This document shows positions 34,134-45,275 of a stretch of 64,000 nt of DNA, one piece after another. The notes under the pieces were generated by a model. The model had not been told where the DNA came from and ran no database searches. It was given only the letters and a program-made list of their open reading frames with translations. How positions within the stretch are numbered: position 1 is the first letter of the stretch; the number at the start of each line of letters is the position of its first letter. Position numbers and translations under genes: made by a program. The DNA is from Tubulanus polymorphus (lineage: Eukaryota; Animalia; Nemertea). The DNA lies in NCBI RefSeq assembly GCF_964204645.1, contig NC_134026.1, positions 18,944,150-19,008,149 of the forward strand. Reading direction: 5' to 3'.

Positions 34134-34310
34134 TCGGTACCGGTACTACAAATTGATTGTAAAAAGAGTGTTTACCAGTTTTCTGAAAGCCATCTTGGAT
34201 TCTTTTTGTCTGTTATTGCCTGACTTACCTGTTTTAGTAATTCTGAAAATATCTATTGTTTTGTTTATCTGCAGTTTGTTTAATTGATGAGAATTTTGTA
34301 AGGCCCGAAC

Positions 34311-34571
34311 CTTGAGGTAAAACATTACAATATTCAAAGCGTCTGTCAGGATCCGTGGTGTAACACCAGATGCATGCTCCATTGTCCGGATTTCGGCAAT
34401 AGTTCTTTGCTTTTTGAAAGTCTTTTTCTGGAAAATTGCTTGGTGAACTTGCTTCACCTACTTTCCTATGTGGTTCATCAACAGCCCATCTCTGACAAGT
34501 ACGCCCAGTTCTCGTAACATTATGTTTTCCTGTATAGTAAATACCTCTATCAGGCAACGAACACCTCTTTT
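34311..34571 (-). CDS. Kringle-domain exon (261 bp, phase 1-1)
   Basis: YTGKHNVTRTGRTCQRW...NYCRNPD..WCYTTDP..RFEYC; cttacag acceptor and gt donor on the minus strand. Confidence 0.85.
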
Positions 34572-34742
34572 CTGTAAGAACAAATCGGAGATTATAAGGT
34601 TACCATAAGCATAATCATTTTGTCTTTTATAGCCTGATATTTACCCTCTTCACAGTTATTCTGAATGGCTGATATCGAAAATATCTACATTTTGTTTAAT
34701 TGCAATTAGTTAAATCGATGAGAATTTTTGTACGGTCCGAAC

Positions 34743-35003
34743 CTTGGGGTAAGGTACTGCAATACTCGAAGCGTATGTAAGGGTCTGTGGTATAACACCA
34801 AATACATAATTCATTGTCTGGATTTCGGCAATAGTTCTTTGCTTTTTGCAAGTCCTTTTCTGGAAAATTGGTTGGCGAACTTGCTCTTTCACTTTTCACA
34901 TGTGGTTCATCAACAGCCCATCTCTGACAGGAATGCCCAGACCACGTGACATTCAGCCTTCCAGTATAGTGAACACCTTTATCAGGTAATACACAGTTCT
35001 CGT
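34743..35003 (-). CDS. Kringle-domain exon (261 bp, phase 1-1), tandem duplicate of 34311-34571
   Basis: YTGRLNVTWSGHSCQRW...NYCRNPD..WCYTTDP..RFEYC; open frame, equivalent splice sites, similar intron flanks. Confidence 0.85.
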
Positions 35004-35784
35004 CTGTAAGTACAAATTGAAGAGTATGAAGTTGCAGTAAGCAACTTATCTTTATTGAGCAATACCCACAGTTGATGATTTGATAACTCGATTAGATAAA
35101 TCAATTAATACATGCAATTATATCAGTCTTGCAGTCAAACTAATCATTATCTTTCTCCCTGAAACGGACCACAGGTAATTACAGACTTATACGATTGATA
35201 TTATTTATCCTAAATCTGAAAAATAGGCATAGAATACTGTCAACCAGATGATTTGTTTACAGGACATGATAAAGAGATATTCCGAGTTTCAAATACGGTA
35301 GTTGCTTTTAGATTTTCAAGGCTTGGCACATAAGTTGCGAGGGAGTCTGGCGGTATCGGTCATGTGCAACAAACTATTTCAATTGTGTCTTTTGATAAAT
35401 CATATTTAATGATATTGATATTGTTTATTCAGTCAAAGTATTTACATTACGCCTACGACATAAAAAATCATAAGTAGACTTTACACTGATATGGCGGTTA
35501 CATGAAAATTTGCATATTTCAAATGATAATTTTAATTTTATTCTAATACTGATAATTTACTAATACGTTTTAAGGAACCCCCTAAGGATCAACTTCGGAT
35601 GTGCAAACGCTTTAGTTAGATAGTGTAGCACCACGTTTTGTTAGAGCACCCAAGTTCACTGAAAGTAAATTAATAGATTTATGCTTTGATGTAGTACTCA
35701 GTGTAGTACTTTGGGATACAGCTGCTCCTTAGGGGTCTATACACAGGACAAGACTAGTTCAAGGTGAAATTATATCTTCATATT

Positions 35785-35980
35785 AAACTAGGGTTTAGGG
35801 GAAATCACGCTGACTTGGGAAGTGGTTTGAAATGCTCAACGAACAGAAAATTTCAATATTCAATGCCCCCTGGTGAAAAACTCGCCATACTCATAGAACA
35901 TGTCACTAGCTACAATTTTGCAATTGATTGTGGTTACAAAATATGCCTATTTACCAGTAATATGAAAATACTAAGTTATA
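35785..35980 (-). mobile_element. 3' fragment of the Helentron-like element, one repeat unit
   Basis: Diverged reverse complement of ~33260-33462, including GCCCCCTGGTG. Confidence 0.65.
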
Positions 35981-35999
35981 CGGCTAAAGGGTGGCTAGC

Positions 36000-36139
36000 A
36001 GTAATTGGTAATATGGGGGTTTAGATCAAAGGTCGAGAGGTCGAGTGAGTAGAAAAATAAATTCTCGCACACTCGAATTTATTTTTCTACTCACTCGCCC
36101 TCTCAACCTTTAACCTGAACCCCCATATTACCAATTACT
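36000..36139. repeat. ~140-bp imperfect palindrome at the left edge of the viral region
   Basis: AGTAATTGGTAATATGGGGGT...arm ~65 bp, 10-nt loop...ACCCCCATATTACCAATTACT. Confidence 0.9.
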
Positions 36140-36230
36140 TTAATATTCATATATGAATAACATATAAATGAATAACATATATAAATGAATAACTTCTAAA
36201 ATCAATTTTCATAAAAAATTTGATATTAAA

Positions 36231-36500
36231 ATGGAGAGTAAACAAATACACAGTGAATTCTTAGATAGAATTAAAGATACAAATGTCAAATCTGTAGATT
36301 ATAAATTTAAGAAGTTAACAGAATAAACAATTCATAAGAAATATTTAATTACAAATATTGATACTGTTACTAATAAATATGGAGATAAATTAGTTATCGA
36401 CTTAGAATATGAAGGATTAAAAGGAAATAAATATAAATTAGATAGGGCGATTTCTATTTCATATATAAAGGTAAGAATGAAAAAGGGCACCATGATATAG
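36231..36500 (+). pseudogene. Small viral-type gene (FKKL...Y.I...TNKYG motif, possibly OB-fold), with in-frame stop
   Basis: MESKQIHSEF...FKKLTE*TIHKKYLITNIDTVTNKYGDKLVIDLE. Confidence 0.4.
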
Positions 36501-36531
36501 ATTTCGAATAATATGAAAATATGTAAAATAA

Positions 36532-37280
36532 ATGGTAGAATTAAAAGAATATAGAATATTTGTTGATTCTAGAAGACTTACAAATTATAAATCACATAAT
36601 TTACTAGTACAATTAGATAGGGAATTTAAGAATTGTGTAGATTTAAAATTAGTAAATGTAAGTTTATGTAACTCATTTTACAATATATCGGATAAAAGTC
36701 TTGATCATAAAATGCTTTTATGATTCACGTTAGGAGAAATAATAAATGGTATCATCTTTTTTTAAGACCAGGATTATATAATTTAGAGACTTTAGCGCAA
36801 GAAATTAATAGAAAAATTAAAACAAAAATGAGCGCAGCTGCTGGATTTGGAATTAAATTTTTAAAAGGTGATAATAATAATAAATTAAGAATAAAGTTAG
36901 CTAATAAAGAACAACACAAATTTATAGTGAGAAAACCATTAGCTTAACTGTTAGGAATTACACCAAATAAACTTTATTCAAATGTTGATTCTACACCAAA
37001 TATAATGCCTTTTACACATTTTTATATTTATTGCAATTTAATTGATCCTACAAAAAACATTTGAAGTAAAGATACAACTTGTAATTCTAGTATATTGAAT
37101 ATTTTACCATTAAAAAATGTTAAGCAATTTGGAACACAAATAGATTATAATTTAGCTGAGTGTGATTTCAAACCATGCATTCCACATTTTAATAATTTTA
37201 TAAGAAATCATAATGGATACTAAATTGATTTGAATAACTTTCCTGTCATTTATGAATTAGTTATAAGATGTAAAGAATAA
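36532..37280 (+). pseudogene. Minor capsid (penton)-like gene, frameshift and stops
   Basis: L....SLCNSFYNI, LRPGLYNLETLAQEIN, YIYCNLID, SILNILP, IDLNNFPVIYEL resemble Polinton/adintovirus single jelly-roll pentons as recalled. Confidence 0.6.
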
Positions 37281-37296
37281 TTTTTTCACTATATAA

Positions 37297-37668
37297 ATGA
37301 ATATAACTGTTGGACCGAGTATATGTTTTGGATTTGATTTTAAACGTGAGAAAGAAATGAAATTTAACATTAATGATGTAATAATGCATATCAAAAATAC
37401 TACATTTTTTAATGGAACAACATTTGAATATGAAACAACAATAAATGAAGAAACTTTTAATGTAGAAAAGATTACTGATTTAATTAGAGAGTCTTTAAGA
37501 TTTTATGAATTAGATGAAGATTTCATTATTGATGATATTAGAAAAATAATAACTGAAATATATGATAATCATAAAAGTAGTAATGAAATAAATGTTGAAA
37601 TAATTATAAATAAGATAACTAAATATTTTGAAGATGGTAATTTTTTTTTATTAATAAATGGCGGATAA
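37297..37668 (+). CDS. Viral hypothetical protein, acidic, 123 aa
   Basis: ORF preceded by the AATTTTTT..TATAAATG motif. Confidence 0.45.
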   Translation: MNITVGPSICFGFDFKREKEMKFNINDVIMHIKNTTFFNGTTFEYETTINEETFNVEKITDLIRESLRFYELDEDFIIDDIRKIITEIYDNHKSSNEINVEIIINKITKYFEDGNFFLLINGG

Positions 37669-37887
37669 GAAGTGGATAATAAATGGGTTATATAATGGAG
37701 CATTACTATCAGTGGAACTGTTGGTTATACAATGGTATTAAAAAAAGTATTCAAAATGGGAAGTATTAATGTTGATAAATTTGATATAAATGATATTTTG
37801 AAATTAACATTAGCAGTTACTTTATCTAATTTAACAATTGATTATTTAGAAAAACAAAAATATATTCCTCCTATATAAATGCGTAAT
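37658..37887 (+). pseudogene. Small viral hydrophobic protein, frameshifted
   Basis: TAAATG start; MADKKWIINGLYNGALLS continues in another frame as ...KFDINDILKLTLAVTLSNLTIDYLEKQKYIPP. Confidence 0.5.
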
Positions 37888-37902
37888 TTTTTTACTCAAT
37901 AA

Positions 37903-38325
37903 ATGGCTTCTGCAATTATAACTATTATAGGATCGGCAATTGTTAACGCTTTAGCATTTACTGGTGGTGGTTATTTATTTAAGCATATTGATAAAAATAG
38001 TTCATTAGGAGAACAAAGAAGACATAACTTAGCATTAGAGAAATATAATAAAGCTGCAGAAGAATATAGAGAAAAGAGACAAAACTATATGGATTATATC
38101 AATAAAGAATTATATAATCAGAAAATTACACATAGAGATTTTCAATCAGTTGATGATGCAATGAGTTTATATAACGCAGTAACAAATAAAGAAAAATTAC
38201 ATCTATATAAACCCAAATTATCAGATTATTATACACCAAGTAGAGAACAACAAAAATATGAAATAATTTGGATTTTAGGTGGAAGTGTTATTGTTATATT
38301 TGTTGCATATAAATTTACAAATTAG
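37903..38325 (+). CDS. Viral membrane protein, 140 aa, intact (NALAFTG...RHNLA family)
   Basis: Hydrophobic N- and C-termini, coiled-coil middle, TAAATG start. Confidence 0.65.
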   Translation: MASAIITIIGSAIVNALAFTGGGYLFKHIDKNSSLGEQRRHNLALEKYNKAAEEYREKRQNYMDYINKELYNQKITHRDFQSVDDAMSLYNAVTNKEKLHLYKPKLSDYYTPSREQQKYEIIWILGGSVIVIFVAYKFTN

Positions 38326-38344
38326 TAATTTTTTTGTTAGATAA

Positions 38345-38772
38345 ATGGATAAAGTTGATAATAATGATATTATCCTTCATGATATAAATAAAACTAAATT
38401 AAAATCATATTTTGAAAAACAAATATTAGAATTTGAAAGTGACTTAAAGATAAAAAAGAAAAAATTTTTAAAATCTAAAATTATATATTATTTTATTATT
38501 AGCGGTTCAGTTACAATTAGTTCTGTAATAACATTTTTAGCAATATTTACTCCATTAACACCTTTAGCTATCTCAATTGGTGTGTTAGGATTATCATCAA
38601 GTGTTTTAACCGGAATAAGTTCAAAATTGAATATAAAAGGTAATAAAGGAAAAAATCTAATATAAAAGAAATTGATAAATTAAAAAATACATTAGATTAT
38701 ATAATAAGTTTGAATGGTAATATAACAATTGAAAAACAAGATAAATTATTAAAAGAATTAATTAATTATTAA
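38345..38772 (+). pseudogene. Viral two-TM protein, 3' frameshift
   Basis: Two adjacent hydrophobic helices; coding-like continuation after 38665. Confidence 0.55.
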
Positions 38773-38788
38773 TTTTTTTATTATATGA

Positions 38789-40103
38789 ATGGTAGAAAGT
38801 TTTCCAAAAGCTTTTCAATATAATAAATCAATTGACTATAATATTCCTGCAATAGATTTTAATGAAGATATTTCATATAGAAATGAAGTTTTAGATTCAT
38901 TAATTAATTTAGATATTTATGTTACTGAAACTAATAATTTTAATGCAAAGATGGAAATATATTTCATGTATATATAATTAATTCTAAAAAATTGAAAGAT
39001 GAAAAACAATGGTTATTGAAATCTAATATGAAGTATTGGCAGAACCAATTAAATTTTGTTGTTTATTGTGCAACAACAGGATGTGGATTAAGTTGGAATG
39101 ATCATTTGAATAATTCTAAATGTGAATTAATTCAAAGTTTATTTAGATTTCATACTTATTTTCAAATAATATTAATATTAAATGAATTAGAGACTCCTTT
39201 ACCAGGATCTAGGTATTTTAAAGAATTAGATAATAATATTAATTTATCAAAGTTTTATAAAATTTGTAATGAACTTAATATAGATATAAATCATTCTGAT
39301 TTTAGAACAAAACTTGGAACAATAAGATCATTTCCTTGCCCTAAAAAGATTGCAGAATATTGTGCACTTCCAATACCATCTAATACCTTTTATAATATCT
39401 ATAATGATTAATTAGGTTATGGTAAAATAGAAAGGATTTAGAAACATTAAATTTCAATCAATTACCGAAATTCTATGATAATTTAAAACAAGAAAATAAT
39501 AATAGTTGGGTTTATTTTATATTAGAAAGTAGTGAAGGTTTTACTGAAACAAGATCCCCAATAATTGGAAATTTAAACACACCATTTGATACACAAAAAC
39601 AATTTTAAGTATTATTTGAAGATTCCATTTATAATGATAGAAATAGATCGATTCCAGAAAATATAGTTAGGTACCAAAATTATCTAGATAAATCTCATGT
39701 AAAATTAAATTATTGTATAGGCCCTAATTTATTAATTATTTCTGATGATTTAATATTAAAAATGGAAATATGGAAATATAATTGGTTATAATAATTCAAT
39801 TAAGACTGCAACAATACATAATAAGTCTGGATTAAATGATATAAATAAAATGATTATTACTGCTCCAAAACTAATGGAAGGTGAAAAATTAAAAAACATA
39901 TTTAATCAACTGAAACTAAAACTAAGAATATTCAATTGGATAATGATTCTGAAATAAAAGATTACAATACTACAGAAAATATAAAAAGTGATATTATTCA
40001 ACATGATATAATTAAAACTAATAATGATAATAAATCCCATGAAAATACTAAATTAGCCATAACTTGTATAGGAATTGTAATAGGAGGAATATTATATTTT
40101 TAA
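38789..40103 (+). pseudogene. Viral gene of the WQNQLNFxxxCATTGCG type with C-terminal TM, multiple lesions
   Basis: Fragments 38789-38977 and 38992-39411, plus a hydrophobic C-terminal segment (KLAITCIGIVIGG). Confidence 0.55.
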
Positions 40104-40127
40104 TTTTAATTTTTTTTAAAGATATAA

Positions 40128-41539
40128 ATGGAAGTAGAAGGTGGAGAAGCTTATGAAATGGGAGAAATGGGAAATAATAATGATGGATATAATGATGAAC
40201 CACAACCTGATTTTAATGAAACTAATATTGATAATGATGATGGATCAGCATATAATTCTAATTTAGCAGATAGTGGTTCTAAAGGCCCATCAACAGATGT
40301 GTTTGATAGAAGAACTAAATCGAGAATAAATCCCGAAAATGAAAATCCAGATTTAGTAAAACAAAATTTAGAAAATAATGAATTTATATATAATTTCAAA
40401 CCTATATTTGAAAGATCTGGATATAATATAAATGATAGAGGTGCTAGATATTTAGAAAGAGAATTAAAATTTTTAGATGGTGAATATTATTATCATTTGA
40501 AAGATGATTATTATATTAATATCACTTATAGAAATCAAAATAAAATATTAGCAGAATCAACTTTGAGTAATTTAGAACCATCTAGAATTTAAAAGAATAA
40601 GTAATAGTAATGAAATAGAAAATGTTACACAAGAAGAAATAAATCAAAATAAAAGAGTATTTAAACAAAGAATTAATGACTTATTTGAAACAATCAATAA
40701 TAATTTAGAAACAGAAACAACTTCTGGTAAACTTAAATCCAATAAAGTTCCAATTGAAAAACGTTTACCGAATGGGTTACTTGATGCAACAGATCAACAA
40801 TTAGGAGATTGAAATATATTTTCTGATAAAGCAATTAGAGAAATTATTAGTATAAGAAATAAAGCTGATAAATTTGTGCATGATAAATGTATAAGAGATT
40901 TTAAAATTAGAACTTTCGAAAAAGATAGAACTGATAAAATTAAAGAAATAGAACAATTAAAATTAGATAGAGATAATAAAGTTATTGAAGAAATTGAATT
41001 TAAAAAAAGAAATGCATATTTAGAAAAAGAAAAAGATGATTTAGAATATAACATAGAGAAGAAGAAGAAGAAGAAGAAGGAAGAAGAAATTCAATTATTA
41101 AAAAAATCATATGATTATAATATTAATAGATTAAAAGCTATTTTTTAAGATTTGTTGATAAAACCAAATTCTGAAATATCATTGAAAGATTGAATAGAAT
41201 TATTATTTAAGTTAGAAGGTATAACAATTCTTATTTACAACAATTGGTTTAGCTATATCAAATTCATTAAAATCTGCGCCTACGCCCAATAAACCGGATA
41301 ATAATAATTCTATACAAGATAAAGTTAAAGATGGATTAAAGAAATTAGCAAAATATCTATGGGAACTATCTAAAAAATCTGCTGCAGCTTTACCCGGAGT
41401 TATAGCGTCAATTGTTGGTTTTATATTGAAATCTGCTGGAAATATTATTAACTTTGCTGCTGAACATATAATCTTATTTCTTATTACAGTTGTAAGTGCA
41501 ATTATTTTTGGGTTAGTTATTATGATCAAAAATAAATAA
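40128..41539 (+). pseudogene. Large viral gene: acidic N-terminus, coiled coil, hydrophobic C-terminus (KSAAALPGVIASIVG), disrupted
   Basis: Fragments 40128-40592 and 40876-41148 plus a 3' frame ending at TAA 41537-41539. Confidence 0.55.
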
Positions 41540-41559
41540 TTAATTTTTTTGTTAAATAA

Positions 41560-42115
41560 ATGAGTGGGAATTATATCAATCCTTCTAAGAATCATAGAAT
41601 ATCTAATGCTATTAAAGCAGAAAGATCTCATCATATAATTACCCATAATCCTTCTAATATTAATCCTGATGAAACTTTATATGTTAGAATTCCTCGATTA
41701 ACACAAAATACTATTTATGTTCCAAATAGTATTTATTTATCAGCTGATATAAAAGTAACTGGCAATAATAATGATTATGTTGTTGATAATGTTGGTAGAT
41801 ATTTAATTAAAAAGTTAACTATAAAGATTGGAACAGAAACAGTTTTCTCATTAGATGATTATAATTTATTTATGCCTTACAAAGATTTATGGTAAACAAA
41901 AGAAAATAGAAAGAATATGATATTTCATGGCATCCAATCAGAAAACCAAAATGAATTAAGATCTGAAGCTAATTGCGCAATATTAAGTAATGATGCATAT
42001 AAATTAATAATAAAGTTTTATGGAAGCAAATATAAAATTCCATTAGATTTTGAATTGATAAATAATAATGTGCCTTTATATAAATATGCTATACAAGAAG
42101 ATATTATATTTGACT
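41560..42115 (+). pseudogene. Major capsid protein-like gene, N-terminal part, in-frame stop and 3' truncation
   Basis: ITHNPSNINPDETLYVRIPRL...VPNSIYLS...NVGRYLIKKL...YKDLW*...YKIPLDFEL; beta-rich and like Polinton-like MCP N-termini as recalled. Confidence 0.6.
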
Positions 42116-43035
42116 TATGTCCACCATTTTCCCACTGTTTGTTGAATTAAGAAAAGATGAAATAAGATTGTTGCTTCGCTGCCGCGGAATCAGAACTAAC
42201 AGTGTAGCGTTGCTACTTTCCATTACATACCTATGAAACTGTTTACACTACGTGCAATCATCGAGATGATATATGCTACGAGCAATTATCTAAACGATGA
42301 GATAATTGCTCGTAGATATATACAGGGAGGTGATATATGTAAGTGCCTAGCCACTCCGCTGGGCCGTATATGATTGTATCCGGTAAAACGGTCATTTTCC
42401 CAATCAAATTTATCTGACTTTTTTCCCAATCTGTGCCTAAAAATTCCCAAAAACCTGTACCATGACAAATTGTAAATTATGATGACAAATGTTTGAGAAA
42501 TTACTTGCTAAGCTTCCCCCAACCATCTAATTGAAATTGTCAACACCTGGCCACGGTACTTCGACTCGGCAGGTTGTCATAATTTTTACTGAAACCCGCT
42601 CAAATGCTGTCAAATTCCACCATTTTCCCGAGGATTTTTTTTAATTTTCCTATTGTCGAGGGGGACCCCCTCAAGCTTGTCCCATCTAGCGACCTTCGGT
42701 CGCTCGGACTTCGCCGCTGAGCGGCTTGCTGGTCACAGTCTCCTTATAACGTTTCTTGTCAGCCACCCCTCCCCCCTTTGAACAAGCCTAGATCCACCCC
42801 TGGTTGTAGGTAAAAATCCCTTGCCGCTTTTTGCCGCTAGCCCCGCCCCTGATATAGGACACGTAGAATTAATAAATCGCCATCCGACACGTTTTGAAGA
42901 ATTGTATTAATGAACGAATTTCGTGACTGCAATAAACAGGAGGAGGGGGAAATCGAATGTCACAGACGTAATCATTTAAACATTGTAGTGAGTACTCATC
43001 TTAGATAGTGGAAACTTGACCGTTATGTGCTCTAC

Positions 43036-43087
43036 GTGCGAGCAGGGAAGTGTGATGTGTGATCTCATCACACTTCCCTGGTGCGAG
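43036..43087. mobile_element. 38-bp TIR remnant flanked by a 7-bp target duplication (probable excision footprint)
   Basis: GTGCGAG|CAGGGAAGTGTGATG-TGTGATCT-CATCACACTTCCCTG|GTGCGAG. Confidence 0.75.
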
Positions 43088-43468
43088 CGTATAGAACACC
43101 ACGAACTTAGTAATGACCAGGATTTGTGTAAGCAATTGTGAATCCTGGATATTCTTGGTCCAAAACATGGACGTGTAAACTAGTTTATACGTCCATCGTC
43201 CTAAGTACCGATACTTGATGGTATTAGAAATCACATTAGATGGTACTAGGTTGATAGGCAGATATCCATCCATAAGTGTCTGGACACCCTGAAGCCATCT
43301 TCTGGCCTCGTTGTCTACCTGCCCAGTCGTTGCCAATGTCGGTGTTAAATACTGGACAAAGTTACTGAGAGCAGCAACAGAAGCCGCGAAATCGCGGCCC
43401 TCTCAGTCTCTCGGTCGAAAAAAGATAAAATGAAATAAATGACTTCAAACCCAAAAACAAGAACTTAC

Positions 43469-43544
43469 CTGTATAACCAGGATTGCAATTCAACAAGAAG
43501 GCAAAGCAAGCAAAAACGGTGAGGTAATCACGTCTTATTCTCAT
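43469..43544 (-). CDS. Putative signal-peptide first exon of the kringle gene
   Basis: MRIRRDYLTVFACFAFLLNCNPGYT then ACAG|GTAAGT phase-1 donor, compatible with the phase-1 kringle exons. Confidence 0.5.
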
Positions 43545-43627
43545 TTCATCTAGTTTCGTCGCCCCTTCAATTATTCGTTGACACAGAACATCGGATTAGT
43601 TATATATGCATCTCTCGACGGCGAGTA

Positions 43628-43764
<137 letters not shown>

Positions 43765-44522
43765 CGGAAGTGCGGCAAAGCATGTTGCCCCTGGTATATT
43801 TTCATGTTGAAAGTTTAAAAAGTTGTCTTGTCTCGATTTATTAGGACGAGCTCCTAAATTGACTGTTTCGAGCCAAAATAAAGCTGAAATAATTTAAATG
43901 TAGTTGAAATGGATCCACAAAGCCACAATTTGGAACCGGATCCAGCAGCAAAATCTAAAGCCTAGTGAAACTGAATCTACTTGTGATTCACCATTTCATC
44001 ATACTACATATTTTACCGCGTATACAGATGCAAAATGATATCAATATATTTCATCCATTTTCCCGAATTAGATTTTAGATTGAAATCATTGTTCATATAT
44101 ATATACATTATCGAATACACAGTATGGAATTGAATCAACATTTCTTCTATGGTGACATGATATGTTGCCACTTCGGCGTGAAACGATTTTATCGTCGTCG
44201 CTTTCGCTACGATAACTAATGAGTGAAACGACTTAGTTATATATTTTACCTATCAGTATCTCTTGCTACCGATAACGTATTTGTAGACGATTGCCCTAGC
44301 TCCTAGAATCCGGGATATAAAAGTATACTTAACTTAACTCAGTAGTTTGCCTTTATCTTGTATAATATGAGAATATGTTTATTCCATCATCCGATATATA
44401 ATGTCTTCTATAATGTGTAGTTACAATCCAGCGTAAATCCTATAGTCAACCCGTCTGATCCAGATCCAATCCCTCGTCTATTCTCCCGTACGATCCCGAT
44501 CTGATCTCTCGGTACTCCTGAC

Positions 44523-45275
44523 GAATATAGGAAAAAATGGCCAAGGAAAAAATGGCCAGGAAAAAATGGCCAAGGAAAAAATGCCCAAGGTATTTGCCTA
44601 GGAAAAAATGGCAATGGAAAAAATGGCCACGGAAAAAAAGGCCAAGGAAAATTTATGAGAACTACTGCCAATGTTAATAAAACATTAAGCTTTCAATTTA
44701 ATGACATCAAATATTTTTCATGGGGCTTAAAACAATTAAAATCGGTATTAATGAGTTCCGAAATGTGATGAACTTACATTTCATTTCATTACATATGATG
44801 AATATATCAAGAACTATCATGCAAGTGGTCAATGAATAAACTTACTAGTGATGAATTTAAACTTAATAAAATAACTAAGTTAATAATTCAAAACATCTAA
44901 GTAAGCTATTAGGGCACAGATTGTCTCAAATCATCAAAGGTAAATGCATCGAAATTGTGTGGTAATTTTATAGCAAATTGGTGCAGTGTCTGATAACATC
45001 AAAGTGAGATATGATCATCGTAAATCTACCTAAACTAATTCAGGAATTGATCTAATAATCTCAAAAAGTCACATGCCAAAACATCGGAAAACATCAATGC
45101 ATTTCATTTCATGTTAGTTAATAAAATGACAGTCAGTTTTCCATTTATTCTTCCTTGGCCTTTTTCCGTGGCCATTTTTCCTTGGTTTTTTTTTCCTAGG
45201 CAAATACCTTGGCCATTCTTTCCTTGGCCATTTTTTTCCTGGCCATTTTTTCCTTGGCCATTTTTTCCGTTCACC
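44523..45275. mobile_element. Mutator (MULE)-type MITE with 15-bp GGAAAAAATGGCCAA subterminal repeats
   Basis: Inverted terminal arrays; 9-bp TSD ACTCCTGAC at 44514-44522 and 45276-45284. Confidence 0.85.

Larger units (their letters stand above)
36000..42115 (+). mobile_element. Decayed endogenous Polinton-like (mid-size linear dsDNA) virus, structural gene block
   Basis: Abrupt very AT-rich block of ~9 tightly packed, intronless, co-oriented genes with a shared start motif; penton-like and capsid-like ORFs; stops and frameshifts; no polymerase or integrase seen in the window. Confidence 0.75.

Noticed and set aside
36231-42115. Bacterial or organellar contamination as the explanation of the AT-rich block
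   Set aside because: No Shine-Dalgarno pattern or recognisable housekeeping genes; the genes are decayed and flanked by host repeats. Read-level confirmation of the junctions is still needed.
42271-42322. Short palindrome (CTACGAGCAATTATC arms) as the right viral terminus
   Set aside because: No sequence similarity to the 36000 hairpin, and the capsid gene is already truncated ~150 bp earlier.
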